Origin: Felis catus | Taxonomy: Eukaryota | Assembly: GCF_018350175.1 (NCBI RefSeq) | Contig: NC_058382.1 | Span: forward strand, 56,608,001 to 56,672,000 | Length of the DNA stretch: 64,000 nucleotides | Direction of reading: 5' to 3' | In this document: positions 36,849-50,300 of the stretch, piece by piece | How the letters are laid out: each line of letters opens with the position of its first letter | Numbering within the stretch: position 1 is the first letter of the stretch | Made by a program: the position numbers and the translations under genes | Notes under the pieces: model-generated | Seen by the model: the letters and a program-made list of their open reading frames with translations, nothing else | Databases searched by the model: none | Told to the model about the DNA's origin: nothing

Positions 36849-39517
36849 TTGAAGGGGGTTAAGAAGTCAGGGAAAAAAATATTTTTAAGCCATTACCACC
36901 ATCACCACAAGCCCCTACTGCCCCACAAAAAAATGTGATAGTAATTTGCATCATAGGAAGTTATATGGAAGAAGTGGGTGAGTTAAAATGGAGCCAGACT
37001 GTGAGAAAGCCTGTGGTATACAAGGGGAGTGGCCCTTCATCCTGTGGGCACTTAAGCGCCATTGAAGGGGCAGTTGAGATGCAGAGCTTTGGAAGATGAG
37101 TCTCACATCTGTACAGGAAGAAGAGTATGAAAACAGGCAGACTGACCAAGAGGCTATTGCAGTGACCCAAGTGAGAGATGATCAAGGTGGTGGAAATGGT
37201 AATAGAGGCCGTTATATAAAGTTGAAGTAGATAGTTTTTTTCATTACATACACTTACTATGCGCCTGGTACCTGTATGACGCCTTGAGCCCATTGGGTTC
37301 CATCTCCCAAGGAACTCCCCAAAGAAGTGTGTTGATCCAAAGTCTAACCCTCACTTTGATCTACCTGTGGTCTCTACAGGTTGCTTCACCTCCCAGGACC
37401 CCAGTTCTCTCATTTGAAACAAGGAAGTTCCCATCCAGGGGGTGGGGGTTGCAAAGGCCCCTTGTCTCCCATTCTGTGGCATGAGTTTGCCTAGAGCAGA
37501 TATTTCCAAAGGAAATGTCAGGAAGAAGCCTGTCTGACTGTGTGTGTAGGAGATAAGACAGCTGAGTGAGTTCAAATTTTGGTGTTTTTTTTAAAGCCAA
37601 GGTCCAAGAAAAGCTATGGGAGAATGGTGGTCTCAGTAATGTTTGGAGAAGTCAGTGAGGAGAGGCTCATTTGCAGATAATCAGGAAACTGATCGGGGTA
37701 GCTGTGTGGACACCATAATGGAAGCCAGGCATGCAAACACAGAGAACCAGGATCCTCTCTTCCAGCTTGGAAAAGCAGCCGAGAGTGGGAAAAGGGTGCA
37801 GCAGGTCTGTGCAAAACATTCCATCAGAGTCCCAGACTCCTGGTCTGCTCTCTCCTAGCTCTGTGCCCTTGAATACGTCCCTCAACATCTCTGAGCTTTC
37901 CATTTCCTGTGTGTCAGGAGGGCAGGTGTAATAGTGTCGTCCCTGAGACCTGTGATGACTATTCCATGGGTCACCTGAAAGAGTGCCTGGCCTCTGGTAA
38001 ACATTCGGTGAATATTCACCCGTATCACTGTTACCGTTCTCCTCCTGCTCCCGCTCCTCATCGTTATTTCTAGAAATGCTCAGTTTTCCCAGGGGAAAAT
38101 GGTAGAGCAAAGAGTAACAGGATGGATCCTTTCCCGAATGAAGGCCCAGCCGGGGGAGATGAGCTTGAGGAAGAGGGAGGGGGAAAGCAACAGAGGAGGC
38201 GCTTTTCAGGAGGAGGGGGGTGGGTTGTGTTAACGCTTCTGAAACAGTTAAGACTTGAAGGAGAGTCTAAGGAAGGCCACGGGACATGGTTACTTGCAGG
38301 CTATTGGTGCTAAGAAAGCAGCACGTGGAGAATAGAGACTGAGGAGATCGCAGAAGGAGGGTAGGGTGAAGAGCCGTGCCCCCGAGTACTGGTTCACCAC
38401 CTGGCAGTCCTCAAGAAGGGGAAGGTAGGGTTCACATCAGAGCGTCAAGAAGAGGTTAAGAGCAAAGCGTGTGTGTTCTGCAGGCTGCAGCTTCTGTGCT
38501 CACCTACATTTCAAATTAATTACATTCCTTCAGTCAAAATGATCCATCCTGGGTGCAGTTCATTTCTACAGTGATCTATACTGATCTACGATGTGTCATC
38601 CCAGTTAGAATGTCAAGCTGTCGGGGAAAGTTGCCCTAGATGTCTCTTTGAGACCCGGGGTAAGAGGATGGTCAATAAAAGTAAATGATGAGGATAATGG
38701 TAAGGAGATGATGGCAGCAACAGAAAAACAGCCAACTGGAATCACAAAGTCCACTCCCCACGAGAAAAGGAGACACCACTGTCCTGCCTGGGCACACATC
38801 TTTGTTGTGTCCCTCAGGCCCTGGCACAGCTCTGATACACAGCCAGAATCTGTTGAGTGTTTTGTAAGGTGCTTGCTCTGTAAATGTCACTCCATCTATT
38901 AAAAAAAAAAAAAGTTCTAACAGGGAAGTTCATATCATGACAACAAATGCCTACATTAAAAAACAAGAGAGATCGCACATAAGCAATCTTACTGTACACT
39001 TTAAGGAACTAGAAAAAGAACAAACTGAATCCCAAATTAGCAGAAAAAATGAAATAATGTAGATTAGAGCAGATATATATGACATAGAGAACAGAAAACA
39101 AACAGTAGAAAAGATTAAGACTTGAAAAGATTAGACTATGAGTTGGTTCTTTGAAAAGAAAAATGAACTTGACAAACCCTTAGCTAACCTAACAGGAAAA
39201 AAAGGAGAGGATCCAAATCAACAAAATTATAAATGAAAAAGTAGACATTACAATGGATACCATAGAAATTCAGAGGCCTATAAGAGACTGCTATGAACAA
39301 CCTAGAAGAAATGGAAAAATCCTTGGAAGCATACAACTTACCAAGACTGCATCAGGAAGATATCCAAAATCTGAATAGACCTACTACTAGTAATGAGATT
39401 AAATTAGTAATCAAGAATCTCCCAATGAAGAAAAGCCCAGGACCCGATGGCTTCACTGGTGAATTTTATCAAACATTTTAAAAAAATTAACACCAATTTT
39501 TCTCAAACTCTAACAAA

Positions 39518-39525
39518 AAGAAAAG

Positions 39526-39592
<67 letters not shown>
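39518..39592 (+). repeat. (GAAA)n microsatellite within L1
   Basis: seen directly. Confidence 0.95.
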
Positions 39593-40183
39593 ACACATCC
39601 AAACTCATTTTATGATGCCAGTGTTATCTGGATACCAAAACCAGAGAAGGACACTACTGGAAAAGAAAACCACAAGCCACTATCCCTCAGGAGTATAGAT
39701 GCAAAAATGGTCAGTAAAATACTGGCAAAGTCAATTCAGCAGTACGTTAAAAAGATCCTTCATAATGACCAAGTGGGATTTATCTTTGGAATGTAAGGAT
39801 GGTTTAATATGTGCAAATCAACCAAGGTGATCAAGGGATCATCTCAACAAATGCAGAAAAAGCACTTGACAAAATTCAGCATCCTTTCGTGATAAAATCT
39901 ATTAACAAATTAAGCATAGAAGGAATACATCTCAACATAATAAAGGCTACATGTGACAAGCCCAAGCTAACGCCCAAGCCCAAGCATAGCGAAAGCTAGC
40001 TTTCATTATGTTCCATGATGAAAGTTTTCCCTTTAAGATTAGGAGCAAGACAAAGGATCCCACTCTCACCACCCTATTCAGCATGGTGCCAGAAGTTCTG
40101 ACTGGAGCAGTCAGGCAAGAAAAATGAATAAAACATACCAGAATTGGAAACAAAAACAAGATCGTCCATATTTGCAGATCACA

Positions 40184-40186
<3 letters not shown>

Positions 40187-40228
<42 letters not shown>
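40187..40228 (+). repeat. (TA)n microsatellite within L1
   Basis: seen directly. Confidence 0.95.
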
Positions 40229-40232
<4 letters not shown>

Positions 40233-41564
40233 TTCTAAAGACTTTAAACTCCTAAAGACTCAACCAAAAAAATCCTCATATCTAATTCATGAATCAGCAA
40301 AGTTTCAGGGTACAAAATTAACATCCAAAAATCAATAGCATTTCTATACACTAACAACGAATTTTACTAAAAAGAAACAAATTGATGCCATTTACTATTT
40401 CATCGAAAACAAAATACTTAGGAGAAAATTAAGGAGGTGAAAGATCTCTACTATGAATACTAGAAAACATTGATAACAGAATAGAAGATGAATAAATGGA
40501 AAGGTATCCTATATTCATGGATTGGAAGAATGAATATTGTTAAAATGCTAATACTACCCAAAGCCACTTACAGATTCAATGCAATCCCTATCACAATTCT
40601 AATGACATTTTTTTACAGAAGTAGAAAAAACACTCCTAAAATTTATATGGAATGATCAAAAAAATAATAATAACCAAAGAAATTCTGAGAAAGAAGAACA
40701 AAGCAGGAGACTCACAAAAATTAACTCAAAATGGATTAAAGCCTTAAATGGAAGACCTGAAATCTTGAAACTCCTAGAATAAAAAATAGGAATAAAGCTT
40801 CTTGACACGAGCCTTCGTAATGATTTTTTGGAAAGGACACCTAACGCACAAAGAACAAAATAAAAAATAAGCAAGTGGGAGTACATCAAACAAAAGATTC
40901 TGTACAGCAAAAGAAACCATCTACAAAGTAAAAAGACAACCTATGGAATGAGGGAAAAAAAATTGCAAACCATATATCTGATAAGGAGTTAACATCCCAA
41001 ATATATAAAGAACTTACACAACTTAATAGCCAAAAAAAAAAAAAAAAAAAAAAGTAACTCAATTTTAAGGCAGAGGACTTGAGTAGACATGTTTCCAAAG
41101 AGGTTATAGGAAAGGCCAACAGGTACATGAAAAGATGCTCAACAGCACTAATTGTTAGGGAAATGAAATGGGAATAAAAACCACAAGGAGGTATCTCCTT
41201 GCACCTGTTAAAATGGCCATCACCAGGAAGACAAGAGAACACAAATGCTGGGGAGGGTGTGGAAAAGAGCGAGCCCTCGTGCACTGTTGGTGGACGCTAC
41301 TACAGAAAAAATTGGTGCAGCCCCTACAGAAAACTGTATGGAAAATCCTCAAAACGTGAAAAACAGAAGTACCATATGATCCACCAGTTTTGCTTCTGAG
41401 AATATATCCAAAGGGAATAAAAATTCTGAGAATATATCCAAAGGGAATAAAAATTAACTCAAAAAGACATTTGCACCCGTGTTTAGAGCAGCATTATTTA
41501 TAAGAGCCAGGGCTTGGAAACGACCTCAATGCCCATGAGTGGGTAAAGAAAATGTGAGATATGT

Positions 41565-41565
<1 letters not shown>

Positions 41566-41617
<52 letters not shown>
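41566..41617 (+). repeat. (CA)n microsatellite within L1
   Basis: seen directly. Confidence 0.95.
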
Positions 41618-41620
<3 letters not shown>

Positions 41621-42940
41621 GAATATTATTCAGCCATAAACAAGAGGAAATCCTACCATTTGTGACAACACAGACCTTGGAGTAAAGTAAACCAGACAGA
41701 GAAAGACAGACACTATATGATCTCACCTGCATGTGGAATCTAAAAGAAAACAAAACACACTCAGAAAAAGAGATCAGACTTGTGGTTAGCAGAGCTGGGA
41801 GTGGGAGAGGGGGAATGGAGGAAGGTGGTTCACGGGCACCAACTTCCCATTGTAAGATAAATAACTAGGGTGTGATAACGAGTGTAATAAACATGCTGTA
41901 TGATACGGAGGGGAGCTGTTAAGAGACTAAATCCTAAGAATTCTCATTTTAAAAAAAAAAAACAGAAATCAGCTCGCCTTTAGTCTCTATGAGCGCAGAT
42001 TTCTAGTCGTTGGCGTTTCACCTCTACCAACTGTTCTTCCAGAGTCTTTTGCTTTAGTATCTAACCCTCTCACCCTCCTCCATCTGGGCATGGTGCCGGT
42101 GGATAACTGCGGAGAGGACGAGGCTCTGGCTGCCGCTCACTTGTTCTGTGATCCTGCACAAATCATCTATCCTCGCTGGGCCTTGGTTTCCTCATCTGTC
42201 AAATGGGGGCATTAAGGCTGGTCCCAACCTCACGGGGTTGTTTTAGAGAGCCAACCTCAGACTGAAGCCCGGTGTGTAAGTGATGAGTGTTGTTATTTTT
42301 ATTATTATCGCGAGAGGGCCTCTAACAGAAAGAAAGAGCATTCAGCACCTGAACCACCAGCGGACTAGAGACAGATGATTTCCCTGTCGCTGCCTATCCC
42401 TAGGGATGCAGAGATCAGTCTCCCCCAGCTCCGTCCCAGCTCCGTCCCAGCTCTGTCCCAGTTCAGTCCCAAAGCCTAACGGGGAAGGAGATGTGAATAC
42501 AGCCCACTGTGTTTGATACTCTGCCAGGGAGGTGGGCAAAGTGTGCAGGGAAATGACATGACCCCAAACACACACCTATGAGGCCCACAACCCTGGATAG
42601 TCTGTCTTAGGCGTTTGAGCTCTGTTTTTCCAAGACTGAGAGATGGGAATGGCATGGGAGATGTTCTGTGAGTCAGAGTTAGATGGGCTCTTGGGTTAGA
42701 CTAGCAACCTATGACCATCTGGGCCTTTGTTTGCCCATCTGTGAAATGGGTAGAGGGACAACTTTCTGTCAGATAGGATCCTCGTGAAGATCTGTGTAGA
42801 GGGTAGCATCTGATCCGTTACAAAGGCTTTGTGTATTTGATAGGAATGCCCAAAACAGCTTTATCTTACTTGATCGAATCGAAAAGATTTTTGAAAATCA
42901 GATTCTGTATTAAATTTGATAGAGAGCTTATGACATAAAC

Positions 42941-43110
42941 CAGTGGTTCTCAAACTTGCATGTACATCAGGCTTTTTAACATCCAGATTGCTGAGCCCCA
43001 TCCCCGGAGTCCTGATTCTGTAGGTCTGCTAGGATCTAAGAATCCGCATCTCACGCAAGCTCCCAGAAGTTGCTGATGCTCGGTCTTCGGGCCCCGCTTT
43101 GGGAAACGTG
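42941..43110 (+). mobile_element. MER5A-like hAT MITE
   Basis: cagtggttctcaaactt start; cagattgctgagcccca...ctgattctgtaggtctg. Confidence 0.85.
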
Positions 43111-44244
43111 GACTTCAAGGTGTCCCATGCCACTAACATAGAGGAAATTCACTTCTTATTTATATATCTCTTCCCCTAATTATTCCCCTATTATTTTCAA
43201 GACTGCAATTTCTATCTTTGAGGTTAATTTAAAAAGGAAGCTTTCAGTACATCTGGTGTGTGTATGAATTGGACCCAGCTCAGGGATTTTGCTCTTTCGC
43301 TTAATCTTGGCTTGTCCCTGTGGATCCATGAGTGTCAGGGCTGATATTTCTGATTCCCTATTTGTGCCAAATGGAGGCTCATTTGCCCAGCCAGCCCTGA
43401 TGTCACACGCCCTCCCTCCCGCCCCATCAAATGACAGGAGGCATTCCATTATGCGGTTTCCAAAATACGATCGCTCCCAAGAGTAGAGGAAGAAAATTTA
43501 TTCAAGATATTTTCTTAAAAATTAATGTTGATAATCAATCTTGTGACATTTGCTGTGTGCCACCAAATCAGGTGAGGCTGTGTTCCCTGTTTTATTGTGC
43601 ATGAGATTTAGCTTTACCTGATGAGTTTCATGAAGCCTTGTTCCTACGTAAGATGATTCATTCCTTTAGTTATTCGCTCATTGTTTTTGTCAGGTGTTTA
43701 TTGACGGTCTACTCAGTGCCAAGCTCTACACTAAGTTGTGAAAACAGAGATAAATATAGGCATTGTCTATTCAGGCAGTAGGAAGTTTATAATGGGTTTT
43801 TAGTTGTTTAAGGACAAAGGCATTTATGGTTTTTGTTTCACGTGGCACCGCACTTGATAAGTTTTGTAACTGGTTGTTCTGTTGCTGTTGTCTGTCTGGA
43901 GGCAGTATTTCTATCGTGCCCAGCAATTCTTGTAAGCGATAATATATAATAACCAGATTTCTTGGGTCCCCACAAAGACAAACAAGATATTTAAACAAGC
44001 TTGTAATTAAGTAGAGAAAGTAAACATCTAAAAATGTATCTGTGATGCATTGTGACAGAGAACAATACCAGTAGCCTGTGGGGGAAATGATTTATCTGTC
44101 TGCGATGCTTAGAGAAATCTTCCTAGGTGAGATGATATCCGAGGTGGGTTTCAGAAGCGGAAAAAACTGTTCTCATATTAAGGTTCAAGTCCGTTTCCCC
44201 CACTGTGGCTCCAGGAACGCGAGCATTTCACCACGCGGAGATGA

Positions 44245-44490
44245 ACTGTAGTCTAGGGCTCCCATCCATGGCTGAGAAACCCAGGTCTGCTACTTTCTGG
44301 CTGGGTGCCTTTGGCCAAGATCACTTAATTTTTTGAGCTTCATCTCTCATTCAAAAAATAGGAATAACATTACAGCCCACACAGGATTGTTGAGAGAGAT
44401 AAAATGAGATAATATTTGAAAAGCACTTAGTATATATTGCCTGACATGTTGTAAGCACTTAATAAAATTACAGTTGCTTTAATTACTATA
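44245..44490 (+). mobile_element. MIR SINE
   Basis: aggattgttgagagagataaaatgagataat...gtaagcacttaataaa. Confidence 0.75.
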
Positions 44491-45695
44491 ATTATCCCAA
44501 TGTTGGTGGGTGTCACAGGATACAAAGTCAATTGACTCAGGTCTGGGAAATTAGACCAGTTTACGGTGTGCGCGTCTTTTTAATGGTGGGGTCTTCAGAA
44601 CCTTCCAGAGAACAAAGTGTGTTGCAAATCAACAGGAGGAATGTTCTCTGCTGTATCCCCGAGCACATTTGAAAGGAAAGCGTTTAACCATTGTGCATCT
44701 GTCACAACTGGGGTTCATAACCCCCCAAATTAGCCCATTCAGCCAGGGGGCTTTCTTTGCCTAATAATGGCACTGCCTTTATATTTCATGATTGTCAGCT
44801 TACCACGGATCCATGCTTCCGGTTCAAAATGACTCCACACGGTATATGCTTCCTGCGTTCCCAGGCAAATTGTGTGCGTGGGTGCCTTCCAAGGAGGTTA
44901 TAGAGGTGTTCTCACCTTTACTTTTGCACCTGTATCTGCAGTGGCCTCCGAGGGACTTGGGGATGTCACTGCAGCTGCTTGGGGAAAATCGATTCACTCC
45001 AGATTCTTGGTGAAACACTGGCAGGTTCTCCAAAAAAGCCCCCGAGGGCAGCTGCACCTACACAGAACAGGCGTGGAGGGGTGACGATGCACCAGAGGAA
45101 AGCAAGTCTGCTTTTAGATGAAATTCACCAGAAGACACCTTTCCATACACACCTTCCTGGGCGTTGCTTGTGTATGTCTGAGAAAAACGACTCAAAAGTA
45201 AGCTCTGTTTTGTGCACGTGGTACCCCTTCCCAAAAGAAATCAGGTCAGCCCTTTCGCTAACCTTTTTGAATTCAGAAAGTACCTTTTTGGTAGAAAAAT
45301 GAGAATTCAGCCCTAATTGTCCCACTTTGACATTGCTATTTTTACGTCTTCTAATCTGTGTCTGCCAACCCTCCTATTTACATCATTTTATATTTTACTT
45401 TTTTATCTAATATATCATAAGCATGTCCCAGATAGCTGCCCAGTCATTGTAATTACAACCTTTAGCGACTACATAATGGCCCATCAAATGGCTGAACCTA
45501 ATTTATCTGCCCATTTTCCTATGGTTAAACATCTCGGCCATCGATCGTCACTTAGCTGCAAAAACTATGTTTTAAGAAATCATATGTGGAACTTGAATAT
45601 GTTTTATTGATTCTTTTTTCCCCCTTAATATCTAAAGTGAAACCTAATTAGCTTCATGTAAATACTCTCAGAGTATAATAAAAAACAAAAAAAAT

Positions 45696-45912
45696 GGGGC
45701 GCCTCGGTGGCTCAGTCGGTGAAGCGTCCAACTCTTGGCTTGGGCTCAGGTCATGATCTCATGGTCCGTGAGTTCGAGCCCCACATTGGGCTCGGTGCTG
45801 ACATCTCAGAGCCTGGAGCCTGCTTCAGATTCTATGTCTCCCTCTCTCTCTGCCCCTCCCCCGCTCACACTGTATATTTCCCTGTCTCTCAAAAATAAAT
45901 GTTAAAAAAAAA
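45696..45912 (+). mobile_element. CAN-SINE
   Basis: ggggcgcctcggtggctcag head, A tail. Confidence 0.95.
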
Positions 45913-47147
45913 TTTCTTCTAATTTCTTGTTACTATTGCCTCACACCAAAGTCCAGATCTGTGGTCAGAGATAATCCCTGTATTAGCTTAATTTCCATCT
46001 TCTAGACATTCTAGTCTATATTTACAAACAAAATAGACACAAGCTGTGAACATGGGGTTATAAGGAGGCATAGCGTTTTTTAACTTGCTTTTTGTCCCAC
46101 TCAGTATGTCTTGGTGATGTTACTGTCGCTGCGTTCAGATACGCCTCGTTCTTTGCACCTGCTGCGGGATATCCCACGAGACGGGTGTCCCTGGGGTCCC
46201 TCCTCAGGCCTTCTCCAGTAGGCAGTTTGGCAGCTTACGATCTGCTGTCATCACACAAAATGATGCACAGTGTCCCTGTGTCTGCTCTGGGTCCTCTTAG
46301 CTCTCCTGGTGGTGGTGGTTCCAGGGATTTGTGTTGAAAACCCCCAGTGTGAGAGGCTTCGTCTCGTCAGCTACTGTGGACAAGGTAGATAGTGATGCAA
46401 TAAACCTCGAAAGCCGATCGCCCCTCTCCCCACTTTCTCCTGAATCTCGTCGGGATGTATGATTGGACGTGGGACGAAGGGAACAAGGCTATTAGTGGCA
46501 CTTTTGTGATGCGTGACGCCTACTGTTTTCCAAACCTGGTTTTTACCACCTGCTCTGCCTGTGACACCCTGTGGATCATCCACTTTCAAAGCCCCCTGCT
46601 CTCCACCCAGGACGTTATACGTGATCCAGTGACTCTCGAACAAACACGTGTGCACCCGTAAGAGAATCTGAATCCCTTGCCGTACAAACTGGCTCTCACT
46701 GCTTTTCTTAAAAATGTCTGATGCACTTTCCAATCCAAACAACAACAACAGCAGTCGTAGCAGCTAACGCTCACCGAGTGTTTTCTTTGTGGGAGGTGCA
46801 ATGGTGATGCCTTCGCAAATACCTTAGTTCATTTCCTTTTCGAAAGTAACCTGTAAGATAGGAGCCATTATTATCCCGTTTTCCAACGTGAAAACCGACG
46901 CTCAGACAGGTGCCAGAGTTTGCTCAAGGCCACAGACCTCGTAGGTTATAGACTTGGGACACGAACCCGGTTTGTCTGGCTTCTTCGTCCACGTGTGGTA
47001 CAACTTGCGCCACGGGCGGTGGGACAAGGAGTGTGACGCGACCTGAGCAAGCTCCCCGTAACCCCTGCGCCTGCCCCTAATGGATGGCAGCTGGACGTTC
47101 AATCGAAGACAGGTATTTTCTGAGCAGCTAAAATGCATGAAGCCTGC

Positions 47148-47318
47148 AGGGTGCCTGGGTGGCTCAGGCAGTTAAGCGGCCGGCTCTTGACCTCGCAGTT
47201 CATGAGTGCGAGCCCCGCATTGGGCTCTGTGCTGACAGGCATGGAGCCTGCTTGGGATTCTCTCTCTCTGCCCCTCTCTGTCACACTCTACCTCAAAAAT
47301 GAAGAAACATTAAAAAAA
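47148..47318 (+). mobile_element. CAN-SINE (internally shortened)
   Basis: TSD taaaatgcatgaa(g/t)cctg at 47129 and 47319. Confidence 0.93.
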
Positions 47319-50300
47319 TAAAATGCATGAATCCTGGTGTGAACACTGGTCCCCCTGGGGGTCTGGGAGACGTCCCCCACCCCACCCAGTTCTGTCTTAC
47401 TCGCCCTTTCATGGACTTGTCGCTCGTGGCTTCCATAAGCCAGCCCCCCCACCCCCTGGGATTTGGGTGTGCATTCCGGCACGCTGTTCTCTAGGCTTTG
47501 TTTTCTCTAAGCGTTTGCTCTCGTGTTTTCCCTCTCGGGGGCTCTGGCCCTTGCTACAGGATGATTTTTCATTTACTGTTCCCTGCTCCCATTTGCACTT
47601 TCCCCAAAGGCCTTCTGGTAGCCGCAAAGCTTTGCAGGATGTCGTCCACCAAACCTTTCACAGCAGTGTCTTTGGGAGAGCAGCCTGCTCCTGCTTTTCG
47701 TGTGTCCTGTGTCCCTTCAAGTGCAGACCCAGGCCAGCATCACTTCCTGCCAGCAGCTCGGCTCTCCCTGGGGAGGAGTCTCCCTTTCTCTCTCCGTGCT
47801 AGCTGGAAACAAACCACTAATTGAATTTCACCTCTCATAGCTCTGAAAATATGACAGGCTAGTGCCTCCAATTAGTTTCTTAGACCGCGGCGAGGAAGAG
47901 GCATGTTCCGTCCTCACAAACACAACCTTGATCGCTGCAGGGAGGTTGCAGTCATGCTGGGCCTTTCTGGTGCGTGTTCCAGCAGCTGATGCCGGCTTGT
48001 TCAGAGACTGGGCAGCTGCAGTCCCTCGTGCACCTGGTACTGATGAGGAGGTGACGATGCGCGGGGCGCTGGGTCCCCGCTGCTCCCACGGCAGCCATCA
48101 GGGCACACACGTCCCCTGCTGTCCAGAAGCCACGAGGCAACACGGGGAAGTCAGGATGTGGAGGTTCTGGGTGTCTTGAAAGTTTAGCTAGATCAGAGGT
48201 ACCAGGGCCCCGTATGTGGAAAAAGAGAGCAGCGGATCCCAGCGTCAGGTGCCGGGGATACAGAGATGTGTCCATATGGCCCCCGACTCTGGGAAACCCA
48301 AACTCTGGTGCCAAAGCCATGTAAGAGATCAGTTAGAGGGGGCGGAGGGATTGTGAATGTACAGAGTAACCGTGGCTTCGTGGAACGGGGGTTCATCCTT
48401 TCGTGGGTTCAGAGGTGGCTTCAAGGAAGAGTAGACGTTTCAGTCCCTTTCGAGAGTTTACCAAGTGGGCTACCGGGAGGAAGGATATTCAGACAGTGGA
48501 GAAATATTTGCACAAGTCCACGGCATGGCGCGTTCAGGGCGCAGTGAGTAACTAGAGGTATGGGAAATACACGTGCGGAAACCTGAGGGAGCTGGGTCAG
48601 CAAATCACAAAGGACCTGACAAGGCCTGATTTTGCCTTTGGGCTCCATCCCGTAGGGGATGGAAGACAGAGGATGAGCCAGGGCACCTGGGCACAAGCCC
48701 TGTCTCTGCCACTTTTGAGCCGCGTGGCCTTGGCAAGCTGTTATCAACCTCCCCGGTTTCCTCATCTATTAAATGGAAATAATCAGAGCACCGACACCAT
48801 GGGGTTGTCTTAGAGGTCAGATCGGAGAGCACACGTGACACTCTCAGCAGCAAGGGCCAGCTTCTTACCTAGGTGCTCGATAAGTATGAGCTATTATTAT
48901 TATTATTACCAGTGTTGTTAATGTCAGCATCTATTGCCATAGAAGTCCCTGATGCACAGTGGGTGGTGATGGGCTTTGAAGTCACGTGGGACCTGGGTTC
49001 GATTCCTGGGTCTGCCAGCACCCATTGCACGGCCCCTGAGCATATCACCTAATCTCCAGGAGCTTCCCTTACCTCCCCTGCCCCTCAGGGAAAATAAGTA
49101 TCTGCCACCCAGCCCCGTTCTCGGCACAGAGTCTCAATAAATGACAGCTGTTATTTTTTTTAAGCTTTGTTTATTTGTTTTGAGAAAGAGAGGGAGAGCA
49201 CAAGCAGGGTGAGAGACAGGTAGAGAGAGAAGGAGAGAGAGAATCAGAAACGACTCAATACAAGTGAGCCGTTGCACCCCCTAGAGCCCCACCCCACCCA
49301 GCACTTCCCAGCATGATCGCCCTTGACCCCATGCCTGCATTCCTCTCCAGGCATGTCCCCTGCTTATCTAAGCACACATAGGTACACACGGGCCTGCCCT
49401 TTGTTTTGATTTGATTTTACAAAACCATGGAGTTATAGAATGCAGTTTATCTTATAACTGGTCTCTCCCCAACCCCTGCAAAAATAAATACATAAAAGAA
49501 GGAAGCAGTGGTCATGTTTCCATGACAATACAAATTCTCTCTCTTTTTACAAATGGCTCCATAACACTGTCATTCGCTCGGGTTTCTTCCTCTTGTTTTG
49601 AAACCTGCTCCATCAAGAAGCAGTCTCCTTTGCGGACTCTCCTTATATGCCAACACCTTTCTGACCTATTGGATCCGTTCCCAAGGGCGCCACTCCCTGT
49701 TCCCAACGTTCAGTGCCCCGCCTCTGCCGATCCTGGACCCCAACACCCATCATCCCTTCCCCTGCCCGAACCCAGGTTTGATGAGACCTCCATATCACAC
49801 CAGGGTTCAGCAGTGAGAGAACACCCAGGGCCACCAGGGATCACCACCCCCCCTAGTGTCAAGAAATGGAAATGTCACCATGCAAAAGCTGTGTTTACAG
49901 ACTATGAAATGACCATTGTTCGTGCATTCCTTCTTTTTATTTTCCACCCCTCCTGTCAATCCCAACACAAACCCTTGGCTTCTCTCTCTGACTAATCTAA
50001 TTTAGACATCAAAGTGGCCAATAGAAACTCTCTTTCTTTCTTGTTTTCCGGATACAGCAAAATGTACAGGATTCCCATTTCGTAGCTTTATAAAAACGGC
50101 CGGGGTGGGGGGGGGGGGGGGAATCTTATAATGAAAATAACAGAACCCAGAAGATCCGCTGGCCTTTTGTCCAAAAAGATTTTGTTAGCCCTGGGATGCA
50201 GCAGTGCTGTGAATAGGAAACTATCTTGATCACCTGTTTACGCTGAAAGCTCTCCTTCGTGGCAATGGGGGAGGGGACAGAGGAGACGCGATTACATTAT

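Larger units (their letters stand above)
38910..41962 (+). mobile_element. 5'-truncated, decayed L1 (ORF2 remnant, 3' UTR, poly-A)
   Basis: NLEEMEKSLEAYNLPRL..KSPGPDGFTGEFYQTF (39293-39481), AEKALDKIQHPF, FADH (RT FADD), L1 3' UTR motifs, A tail. Confidence 0.96.

Noticed and set aside
39293..39481. ORF with clear protein homology
   Set aside because: L1 ORF2 fragment, not a host gene.
49411..49995. Longest ORF (194 aa)
   Set aside because: TTG start, no recognisable domain, no convincing exon context; likely chance.
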